Below are positions 52,842 to 62,700 of a stretch of DNA of 64,000 nt, piece after piece. The notes under the pieces were generated by a model that had not been told where the DNA came from, did not search any database, and worked only from the letters and a program-made list of their open reading frames with translations. The number at the start of each line of letters is the position of its first letter. Positions within the stretch are counted from its first letter, which is position 1. The DNA lies in contig VMFR01000007.1 of assembly GCA_007376135.1 (NCBI GenBank), forward strand, positions 24,287 to 88,286, in the 5' to 3' direction. The stretch comes from Parcubacteria group bacterium Gr01-1014_31 (GTDB taxonomy: Bacteria; Patescibacteriota; Patescibacteriia; Buchananbacterales; GWA2-38-13). The translations under genes and the position numbers were made by a program.

Positions 52842-53075
52842 CTAGGGCTTGCAGTGGGTGCAGGCGTAGCGGTCCCCTTGGGGGGTATCCGTTTTGGCCG
52901 CCGGCCGACCGCAAAGGGCGCACTTCACCGCGGGGCACCCGTGGCAGGTGACGATCTTGTGGCCAAAGAGCGCGACTGCGCCATTCATGCACAGCGTGCT
53001 TTTGCCGCACGTCGGGCAAGTGTCGCCGCCATTGAGGCGGACGGACGGGAAGGTGGAACCAGCCCATCCAGGCAT
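52842..53075 (-). CDS. Small double zinc-ribbon protein (4 x CxxC, ~77 aa)
   Basis: CPTC...CHGC...CALC...CTHC. GGAGGT lies 7 nt upstream of the ATG at 53075. Own terminator downstream. Confidence 0.5.
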   Translation of the reverse strand: MPGWAGSTFPSVRLNGGDTCPTCGKSTLCMNGAVALFGHKIVTCHGCPAVKCALCGRPAAKTDTPQGDRYACTHCKP

Positions 53076-53122
53076 CAGCGTAACCTCCAAAAAGAGCTCC
53101 CAAAGAGCAGTAGTAAGGCAAC

Positions 53123-53172
53123 AAAAAACTTCCCGTCCTCTGCCGACAAAAAATGCCGGAAGGGGACGGGAA
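53123..53172 (-). terminator. Strong Rho-independent terminator (10-bp GC stem followed by U6)
   Basis: Minus strand reads CUUCCCGUCC...GGACGGGAAG UUUUUU. Confidence 0.65.
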
Positions 53173-53450
53173 GCTAGGCTTACCGCGGTACCACCCCATT
53201 GCACCCCCGAAGGGGTCTTACTGGCGCTGTCCGCCGACACTCACCCTCGTACAGAGAGATCGGCGCGATACCAGTTTGCCTATGGTTACGGAGGCTTGCC
53301 GGACTCCCACCTGTGCCGCCATCTTGGCGGTGCAAGCAGGAGCCACCGTGTCCCGCTCTTTCCGCGAAAGGGCGAGGCTGCGTCTGGCCCAACCCTCCGA
53401 CGTACGTCGGAGGACCAGCGCATCGGTGTTGCAGTTTTTAAGGTGTGAAA
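53173..53450 (-). ncRNA. Candidate structured ncRNA (~280 nt), identity unresolved. Some RNase-P-RNA-like words.
   Basis: No credible ORF. GC-rich nested hairpins. Ends in its own terminator. Minus-strand words GGGAGUCCGGC...CCAUAGGCAAAC and GAGGGUGA...GUAAGA resemble the RNase P CR-I and CR-II regions, but the spacing is too short for the canonical type A RNA. Confidence 0.3.
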
Positions 53451-53585
53451 CCAATACTACTGAAGCTTCCATAAGATGTCAAGAGCTTTTTTAGGGTAAA
53501 ATTATTTCCTGTGAATAACTGGTTTTTTTGTTTCAGTTGAGGCTAAAATTGTGGTGTGAAAATGGCAAATACTGGCCTTTTTCCA

Positions 53586-53614
53586 TTGACTGTTTTCCAT
53601 AATTGCGATATAAT
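53586..53614 (+). promoter_or_regulatory. Sigma70 promoter TTGACT-17-TATAAT
   Basis: Near-consensus hexamers. ~210-nt AT-rich leader to the ATG at 53826. Confidence 0.55.
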
Positions 53615-53825
53615 ACCTATAGGCAATATATTCGCATCTTTGACAGGGGAATAGGCAAAAATAAAAACCAAATGAGCCGCGTCTGTTGCGCAGGTTTGCG
53701 CCCAGAAAGATTCGGCGAAGTTTCGTACGGTATTACGGCTTCATTTGGTGAAAGCCGTTTTATTGTGCCTGGCGCTCCCTTTCCACGAAGTAACTATCAT
53801 TATCAAAAAAATAAAAACAAAAAAT

Positions 53826-54641
53826 ATGGATAAGCAGCAGTTCCGGGTTCGCGACCTGACCAAAGCGGTTGACCGCGACAAAACCACCCTGCTGCGGTGG
53901 GAAAAGTTAGGCCTGATCCCGGCCGCCAAACGCGACAGCCGCGGCTGGCGTTACTACACGGCGGATGATTTTACCAGCATCGTACAGCGGGTAAGGGAAT
54001 CCAATTTTTTCCGCCGCGGCGCGGTGCTGCCGATTTTGGCGCTGGTCGCGTCCAGTTTCATGACTGTGGGCCTGCTGAAGTTCACGCGCTACGCGTACGG
54101 CAACGCCGACCTAAACATGAACTTGAACATCGCCGCCGGGACGCTCAGTGTGACGGCATCCACCACGGTGGAAACGTTCGGCACGGTCACCTACAGTTTC
54201 TCCAGTCAGACGACGACTTCCGCCAACGTGGAATCGGTGCGGGTGCAGGATGCCCGCGGCGGCGCCGGGAACTGGACCTTTAACGTCAGCTGCGCCGACA
54301 ACGCTGCGGGGTGTTACTGGTCCGGGTCGACGGAAAAGGACCGGTTCCAGCTGGATTCCGACATGACGTCGTTCGATCCGGCGTCCACCTCGGGCAAACT
54401 GTGCATCAATATGACGGCTGGCGGCGGGTACCGGTGCCTGTCCAACGGCGGCGACGCCTGCACGGAAGTGACCTTGACGACCGCCTACCGCTGCTACAGT
54501 GCGAGCACGGACATTACCGCAGCGACGGGTGCGAGCGCGAATGGCGACTACTATTTGGCAGAATGGGACTGGGACCAGGGTATCCCTGGCCGAGCGTCAG
54601 CATCCGTGTACACGACCATCATCACCTACGACTTGCAATAA
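53826..54641 (+). CDS. Membrane-anchored MerR-type transcriptional regulator with an extracytoplasmic beta-rich domain shared with the giant protein at 56708-63058
   Basis: MerR HTH FRVRDLTKAVDRDKTTLLRWEKLGLIP...RGWRYYTADDF. TM helix AVLPILALVASSFMTVGLL. C-terminus ...GDYYLAEWDWDQGIPGRASASVYTTIITYDLQ. Confidence 0.7.
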   Translation: MDKQQFRVRDLTKAVDRDKTTLLRWEKLGLIPAAKRDSRGWRYYTADDFTSIVQRVRESNFFRRGAVLPILALVASSFMTVGLLKFTRYAYGNADLNMNLNIAAGTLSVTASTTVETFGTVTYSFSSQTTTSANVESVRVQDARGGAGNWTFNVSCADNAAGCYWSGSTEKDRFQLDSDMTSFDPASTSGKLCINMTAGGGYRCLSNGGDACTEVTLTTAYRCYSASTDITAATGASANGDYYLAEWDWDQGIPGRASASVYTTIITYDLQ

Positions 54642-54777
54642 TTAGCCTGATTGAGGCAAAAAAGAACACCGCCGAACGGCGGTGTTCTTTTTTTGTGAGG
54701 GAAAACTATCCCCACCGTTTTTGTTTCCCGCCGGATGGTTTTTTTTGGTATACTGAAGGCGTAGTTTTTTAGTTTTT

Positions 54778-56586
54778 TTGGCTATGCTTTCATCCGCCGG
54801 CCGAAGCGCTCGCCGCACTGTTGGTGGGGTTTTATTTTTTGCCTTGACGGCATGGACGCTGGCGGCGGTGGTCCCGGCCCTGGCGCTCAGTCTCGGCGGG
54901 GTCGGCATCCGGCCGGCGCGGCCAAAGCCGCCGGATGTCGGGTGGTTTATCTATCAGCTCAAGCCCGGTGAAAGCACGACGGACGCGGTGCTCGTTTCCA
55001 ACGAAACGGCTGTTGAGCAGATGCTGCAATTGGCCGCGGTGGACTATGAGCCGACCGACATCGGCGCGTTCGGCCTGAAGGGTTCGACGGATCCGCAAAC
55101 GGACATCGGTAAATGGGTGCAGTTGTCCACGACGACGTTCAGTTTGCCGCCAGGGAAGGTCCGCGAGGTGGATTTTACGCTGACCATCCCGCTTGATGCG
55201 GATGTCGGCGAGCACGCGGGGGCAATCGTGGTGCAGCCGACGGCCGTCGCGCGGTCGTCCCAGGTATCGGGCGCGTACATCACCACGCGCGTCGGAGCGC
55301 GCATCTACAACACGGTGCCCGGTGAGCTGGTGCGCAAGATCAAGCTGCTGGGGTTTCTGATGCATGAGGATAAAAAGACGCAGCACTACGAATTCGTGGT
55401 CCAGGGGAAGAATGAAGGGAATGTGTCGGTATCGCCCCGACTGCGGCTGCATTTGAACGGTTGGGGGCTGGTCAAGGTGCCGCCCGTGGGCGATGCAGAG
55501 CTCGCGGATTTTCCCGGGTTTGCGCTGTTCGGATTCCAGCGTTTTCTGCCGAAGGAGCTGTCCAATAACTGGCAGCTGGCGCGGGGAGCGACCGTGGAGA
55601 CGTATTTCCGTTGGCGCAAGCCGTGGTTAGGCAGGTTTTCCGCCTACTTGACGTTGGAGTACGAGCGCAAGACTGGAGAACCGGAGGTTATCCGCAGCGA
55701 AACGTTCAAATTCATGGTGCTGCCATGGCCGGCAACTGGGTATTTCCTCGGGGCGATGGCGCTCCTTCTCGCGCTCATTACCGTTTGGATCGTCTGGCGC
55801 CGCATTAAGTTCTCCGGCCGTGGATGGCAGAAGTACACGGTCAAAGCCGGCGATACGCTGACGGTCGTGGCCGCGCGCTGCCGCTTGTCCTGGAAGCATC
55901 TGGCCAAGGTGAATAAGTTGAAGAAACCGTACGTCATTTCCGCCGGGGACAGTATTCTGGTGCCGCCGGGGACAAAGCTCGCAACGGAAAAGCCGGGCGA
56001 GAAGCCGGCCGGCAAAGAGGATAGCCCGGCGATGGCAGAAAAAATACCGGCGGTGAAGCGTCCACGGGTTCCCCGCTGGGTAACGCTGACGGCCATCGGG
56101 GTCGTGAGCGCGTTCCTGGTTGCGCTTGCCGGGTTCCTGCTGTTCCGCTCGATGGTGCAGCCGCCGGAAGGGAACCCTCCGCTGACGCCGACTCCGCAAG
56201 AATCACCGAAGGAAAATCTGCCCCCGGCGCAGCCTGCGACCAGCACGCCGTCCGTACCCGCGGCGGCGACCACCACCCCCGCGGTCGGGGCACTGGCCAA
56301 GGATGCGATGATCGTTTCCGTGCTCAATGGCAGCGGCATCGCGGGGCTGGCTGGTGCCGTCGTTGATGAGCTGCGTGCGGCCGGCTACCGCGAGTTGTCC
56401 GCGGGTAATGCCGACGCGTTCAGCTATGAGGGGGCGACCATCCGCTACCGTCCGGGATTACGGGGGGCAGCCGAGGACGTCCAGACCGTGCTGCGGGTGC
56501 GGTACGAGAAATTCACGCTGGAGGAGAAGGCCATGACGACGACCACGGATGTAGTCATCATTCTCGGAAAACCGGTCACACCGTAA
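54778..56586 (+). CDS. Membrane protein with N-terminal extracytoplasmic domain, LysM domain between two TM helices, Pro/Thr linker and C-terminal LytR_C domain
   Basis: Signal or anchor VLFFALTAWTLAAVVPALA. LysM YTVKAGDTLTVVAARCRLSWKHLAKVNKL...ISAGDSILVP. LytR_C VSVLNGSGIAGLAGAVVDELRAAGY...VIILG. The N-terminal domain may be DUF916-like (unverified). Confidence 0.65.
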   Translation: MAMLSSAGRSARRTVGGVLFFALTAWTLAAVVPALALSLGGVGIRPARPKPPDVGWFIYQLKPGESTTDAVLVSNETAVEQMLQLAAVDYEPTDIGAFGLKGSTDPQTDIGKWVQLSTTTFSLPPGKVREVDFTLTIPLDADVGEHAGAIVVQPTAVARSSQVSGAYITTRVGARIYNTVPGELVRKIKLLGFLMHEDKKTQHYEFVVQGKNEGNVSVSPRLRLHLNGWGLVKVPPVGDAELADFPGFALFGFQRFLPKELSNNWQLARGATVETYFRWRKPWLGRFSAYLTLEYERKTGEPEVIRSETFKFMVLPWPATGYFLGAMALLLALITVWIVWRRIKFSGRGWQKYTVKAGDTLTVVAARCRLSWKHLAKVNKLKKPYVISAGDSILVPPGTKLATEKPGEKPAGKEDSPAMAEKIPAVKRPRVPRWVTLTAIGVVSAFLVALAGFLLFRSMVQPPEGNPPLTPTPQESPKENLPPAQPATSTPSVPAAATTTPAVGALAKDAMIVSVLNGSGIAGLAGAVVDELRAAGYRELSAGNADAFSYEGATIRYRPGLRGAAEDVQTVLRVRYEKFTLEEKAMTTTTDVVIILGKPVTP

Positions 56587-56707
56587 TTCGCCAGCCGCCC
56601 ATGGCGCACGGGGTTGGCATGACGATCGGCGCACCGCGACTCGCCGGCTGCCGTTACCGCCTCTAACTTTGCCGGCTGTTTCCCGTTGCGGTTCCCTTTT
56701 TGACCCC

Positions 56708-59700
56708 ATGCATCGGCGCTATCGAACTTTGCTGCTTGGAGTTCTGGGCATCCTCGCCTTGAGCGCGGCGGCGCGGTTTTCCGATTCTCGCCCGCACGCC
56801 ACCCAAGGCGCGGAGGAGCGTGAAGTGGCGACCAGCTACCGGGCCTACCGCGGCAAACTCGTTGCCGCGCAGAACGTTATGCGCGAGCATCCTCGGGCGC
56901 AGGAGGCGGTGTTTCGGGTCGCCAATCGCAATGACGCGGAGGCGCGCGGATTGTTGAACGTGAAAAAGTTCGACCTGGGCGCCGCCCAGAAGCGGTATCT
57001 CTTTTTCCCCGGACACATCAACTACGTTGATGAGCAAGGAACGGTGGTCGAGGCCGATCCGACGTTCATTGTTCGGCCGGACGGCGCCTACGCTATGACC
57101 AAGGCCGGCTATCAGGTTTTAGCACCGCAGTTTGCCGACGGCGTGCTGGAATTCACCGTGGATGGCGCCACAGTGACGTTCCGGGCGCTGGGTCTTGGCA
57201 CCAGCACGCCCGCGACCGTGCCCCACGTGCAGGGCATCCCGCAGGAAAATCGCGTCATTTACCCCGACGCGTTCGGGGTGGGTATTGACTACGTCATCCA
57301 GGCTGAATCTGACGAGCTGAGAAAATTGGTGGTGTTCCGTACGCCGCCGGTGCAGGATTTCGACCTGCGGGTGGAATTTGCAACGTCGCTTGGCGACAGC
57401 GGCACCATTCGCGGCCGCAACACCAAGTTCGGCGCAACCTTCTTCCGCCAGCCGACCATCTGGGACAGCGCGGGTAAACAGCTGCCCATCACCGTGGAGC
57501 TGTCCGGCGGCAAAATGACCAAGGTGCTGCCCGCATCGTTCTTCGCGGCGTCGCCGGAATTCCCGCTCCAGTACCCGGTGATGACCGACGTGACCACCAG
57601 CTACTACGCGGGCGCGGGCGATGGCTACGTCTACTATTCGCTGGAGTTCGAGAGCAACTGGGATACGGCGCACCACGATATCGGTACGAACGCGACGGCC
57701 AACTACACCGGCACCACCGGCCAGATTGCTTCACAGGCCGATTCGGGCGGGTATAAGCCGATGCGCGCCTTTTTTCCCATTGACACCTCCGGTATAGCCA
57801 ACTCGGACGAGATCACCGCCGTCCGGCTGAAGTTGTACGCCACCGCCAAAACGAACAGCGATAACGACGGCAACGACTACATCAACGTCGTGCAAACGAC
57901 CCAGGCGGACACCGCTTCATTGGTCGCCGCCGATTTTGACACCTGCGGTTCGATCCACAGCCCGACGACCGGCGCTACATCGGTGGATATCGGCAATATC
58001 ACGACTACCGCCTATAATACGCTGACGCTCAACTCCACGGGTCAGGGCTGGATCAGCAAGACCGGTACGACGCAGCTGGGCGCGCGCGAGGGGCATGATC
58101 TGGCTGATGACATTCCCGGCAGTACCAACAGCGTGACCTTTAGCACCTCGGAAGAGACCGGCACGAGCCAGGACCCGGTTTTGGAGGTGGACACCACGGC
58201 CGCGACCATCACTTCGGTGTCGCGGAAGAACGACGACGGCCGCGAGGTGTTTGCTACCAGCACCGAGAACATCGATGTTTCCACCATCTTTGTCGGCGAG
58301 ACGGCCGGCAACACCACCATCGAGTACGTCATTTTCATGGACCTGGACGGCGACAACGCGCCGGATACCAACGAGACGTACGTGACCAACAACTGCGCCG
58401 GTTCTGCCGCCTGGAGCACGAACAACTACACCCACCAGACTGCCAATTTCACCATTGCCGATGGGTCCAGCCCCAAGACCGATACGTGGACCTGCAGCAC
58501 CACCAGTTTTCCCGAGGAGAACGGCGTCTACAAGGTCTACGTCAAGTGGTACGACGGCGCCGGCACCATCTCGTCTACCGGCACGCCCAGTTTCCAGTTC
58601 TGCGACCAGCCGACCGGCGAGGGCAGCTGGTGGGATTCCAGCTGGGAGAACAGGACGCTGATTTCCTTCCGCTCCTCCACCTTCAGCGAAGCGCTCGTCA
58701 ATTTTCCGGTGCTGGTGAAAGCGACCTCCACGAATTTCGGGTTTGACGACCCCGACTCCTCGGCGGAAGACGTGCGGTTCACCGACGAGGATGCCAGTAC
58801 CTTGCTGAACTTCGAGCGTGAGTACTACGATGCGACCACGACCAAGGAAGCTTACTTCTGGGTGCAGGTGCCAAAGATCGCGACCTCCACGGACTGCGAT
58901 TACGTCTTCATGTACTACGACAAGGCAGGTGCAACGGATGCCGCCAGCACCACCGCCACCTGGCGGCAGGACTACTATGAAGCCGTCTGGCACTTCGGGG
59001 AGTATGCGACGACCAGTGCAACCACCTACAGTTTTCAGGACGGAGTTTTGCCGGATGCCAGCTACAACGCCACCGAAGACCTGAACCTGGAATCGGGCAC
59101 GCCGACCACCAACCAGAATGCCGACACGACCATCCAGGTGGATGTGCTGTCCTGCGCCGGCGGGGCCGGGGACTGCCACGCGCTGCTGCAGTGGGATATC
59201 AGCAGCATCCCAGCATCCTGCACGGTGTCCAGCGGCAGCATCAACATCAACGTGTCCAACCTATCGGCCGACCGCTACGGCATCTATGGCGTACGGCGCA
59301 ACTGGGGGGAAACCACCGCAACGTGGAACACCTACGACGGCAGCAACAATTGGACGACCGCTGGCGCCATTGATACCACCAACGACCGTTTCGCCACTGA
59401 CTTAATGAATAGCAATGCTGATGGCGGCTGGGGGAGCGGCAGCACCGGTTCCATTACCCACGCTTTTGACTCCGACGGCGTTTCCTTCCTCAACGATCTC
59501 ATTGACGGAGTGACCACCAACAACGGTTTTGTCATCATGGACCACGATTCGACCGACGATGACGGCTACGCGTGGGCCTACGAGGGTAACGCGACGGCCA
59601 CCAACCGCCCCAAGCTGACGGTGGTCTGCGGCGGCGGGACCGAGCCCGTCTACCTGGACTCCACCTCCAACAACCACGATGAGACGAACAGCAGCATCGC

Positions 59701-62700
59701 TTCCCGCCGGGAAAAGGCGCAGAGCAAGTTCGGCTACTCGCCGAAATTCGACGGCTCCACTTCGGTGCTCGGCATCCCCGATTCCAACGGCTTTGACATC
59801 ACCAGCTACACCCTGACGGGGTGGTTCCGTCGGGACGGCACCGGCGACCCAGTCACCATGTCCTTGAGCCAAACCATGGAACCGATCATTGCTAAGGGCT
59901 ACGCCGAGGCCGACACGCAGGCCGCCGACATCCAGTATTCGGCCGGGTTCAACCGCTCCGGCCAGTCGACGCTTGCCGGAAACTGGGAAGACGACCGCCA
60001 TGCGGCAGGCAACGACTGGTCCACCCTTGGCGGTACCACCATTGCCAACAGCGTCTGGCGGCATTTCGCGACGCGCCTGAAGGATAAGGCGATCTTCAAC
60101 CTATACCTGGACGGCTTTGCCAATAACACCACGACCTACCCCATTAACCAGGGCGCCAGCACCGGTGGCACGATGAAGCTGGGCATCGGGACGGCCTACA
60201 ACACCGGCGGCACCTCGGACGGAAAATGGAACGGGTACTTGGATGAACTGCGGGTGTACAAGGTGGCGGTCGCGACCTCAACGGCGTCCAACGAATCGGA
60301 ATGGCTGCGCGCTGAGTGGTACACGGCCGACAATGGCATGGTCGAGTGGGGCACCGAAGCGACAACCACTGCGTCGGTTTCCATTTCGTCGGCGGCCAAC
60401 CAAACGTTCGTGGTAAACCAGTCGACCACGGCCATTTCCACCATCAGCATCACCGAGGGGACGTCCCCCTCAATCACCGACGCCAACAACATCCGCATCC
60501 GCATCCCTTCCACCTTCAACATGGTGTTCTATACATCCGACACGGCCGCTAATATCGGCGGCAGCGATTGGGCGAAAACCGGAGCGATATCGCAAGGAGG
60601 TGAGGTGGCGGTGGCCTATGAGGACAGCAATAAAACCGTCGTGGTGCCGGTCACGTCCAATTTTTCCGCGCAGGACGATATTACCGTCTATGGCTTGTCG
60701 TTCACCAGCTTCACGGCGGTGTCCGGCTCCGACAATTTGGAGCTGGAAGTGGATAACGGAGGCACCATCGCCGATACCGATGACAAGACCATCGAGATCG
60801 TCGCGCCCACACTCTCGTCGTACGCCAGCCAGACGTTCACCGTCAGCCAGGCGATGACCACCAGCTCGCCGATGACCATCACTGACGCCTCCTCGGCCAC
60901 CATCACCAACACCAGCAACATCCGCATTAGGATCCCGACGGGGTTCAATATGGTGTGGGACACCGCTGATACCATCATCAAGGTGGCCCCAACCCTGGCC
61001 GACTACACCAGCTTCTACAGCACCAACGACCTGCCAACCGTGACCATTGACGTTTCCGACGTTACCTATAACACCACGACCGATACCCTTTTTATTGTTA
61101 TCAATGGCACGCCGACCATTTATGAGTACACGTTAGGCGGCAGCCTTAGCCGGACCATCAACATGAACGGGTTCATTGATACCGAAGGTATTGACTGGAT
61201 GTACGGCAACCAGTACGTGCTGACCGAGGAGCGTTCCCCCTACGATGTCATCGTCGTTACGCTGGATAGCTCGACGACCACCTTGGCCAAGAGTGAGGGG
61301 ACCGTGATCGACGTCGGCTTCACCTGTACCACGAACCTGTGCCTGGAGGGCATCCGCTATGACGTGGCGAACGACTGGTTCTACGCTGTTACGGAAAAGC
61401 AGGCCGGCGGCGGCAACGGCGGCCGTGTCTTTCGGATCAACAACGACGCGACGTACACCGAGTTCACGGACCTGGGAACGGCGCTCAGCAATGCGGGCTA
61501 CACGGACTTGGCGTCGCTGGCCTACGACGAGGTGACCAAGGACCTGTTCCTGCTGTCGCAGGAGAACAGCATCATCATCCAGGCGACCACCACCGGGACC
61601 ATCCGGGGCACGCGCGCCGTGGATACCGGTATCTTTACCCAGCCGGAGGGGCTGGAATTTTCCTCGAACTACGACTCGATGTTCATCGTCGGCGAGCCCG
61701 ACGACTACCAGCGGTTGACGCGCGCCAGCAAGATCAACAACACCGCCACGTTCGAGGACTCCAGCAAGACCCTGGTTTTGGATGTTACCAGCGACTTCAC
61801 TGCGAGCGAGACCCGGACCATCGGCTTCGTGTCGTTCAAGAGTTTCACCGCATCCTCTGCCGCGGACAACCTGGAATTGGAGGTAACCAACGACGCCAAT
61901 ATCCAGGACTACGACGACAAAACCATTACCATTACCGGCGGGGCATCGCTGGCGGTGACGGCCTCCACCACGGTGCTGGCGTTCCCGGTAACTTCGTACA
62001 ATTTTTCGTCCCAAACCACGACCGCGACGAACGCCGCGCAGGGGTCGGCCTACATCACCGGCGGCAGCGGTACGTGGACGCTGAACCTGAACTGCAACGC
62101 CAGCGGCCAGGGCTGCTACTGGTACGGGCCCGGGACGCGCAGCTACTCATTCCAGGACGGCGTGTCGCCAACTGCGGGCTACGCGGGTACTGAGGACGTC
62201 AATATCAAGGCTGACGGCGCCAGCACGAACTACAACGGCGATACGGTCAACTGCGTGGACTACAACGGCGACGGCTGCCAGACGCCGGCCACGGGCATCC
62301 ATCGCGTGCTGATGCAGTGGGATATCAGCTCGATCAGCACGGATTGCACGGTTTCCGGCGCCAGCGTTACGGTCAATAACGAGATCACCAACGGCGATTC
62401 TATACACCGTTTCGGCGTCTACGCCTTGCGGCGCAACTGGGGCGAGGGTACGGTCACCTGGAATACCTATGACGGCAGCAACAACTGGTCAACGGCGGGC
62501 GCCGGAGATACTTCCAACGATCGCTACAGTACCGATCTGATGGACGGCAACAGCGACGGCGGCTGGGGCCGCGCTGTCCAGGGCACCCTGACCTTTGATT
62601 TTGACAGCGACGGCGTGGCGCAAGTGCAACAGTGGATCGATGGCACCGTGGTCAATAACGGCATCATTGTTCAGGACAACGATGTCGGCGATACGAATGC

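Noticed and set aside
53173-53450. tmRNA, SRP RNA or T-box leader identity for the ncRNA candidate
   Set aside because: No tag-peptide reading frame or tRNA-like ends (tmRNA). No GGAAGCAGC-type domain-IV motif (SRP). No specifier, T-box or antiterminator motif, and the element has its own terminator before an intervening gene (T-box).
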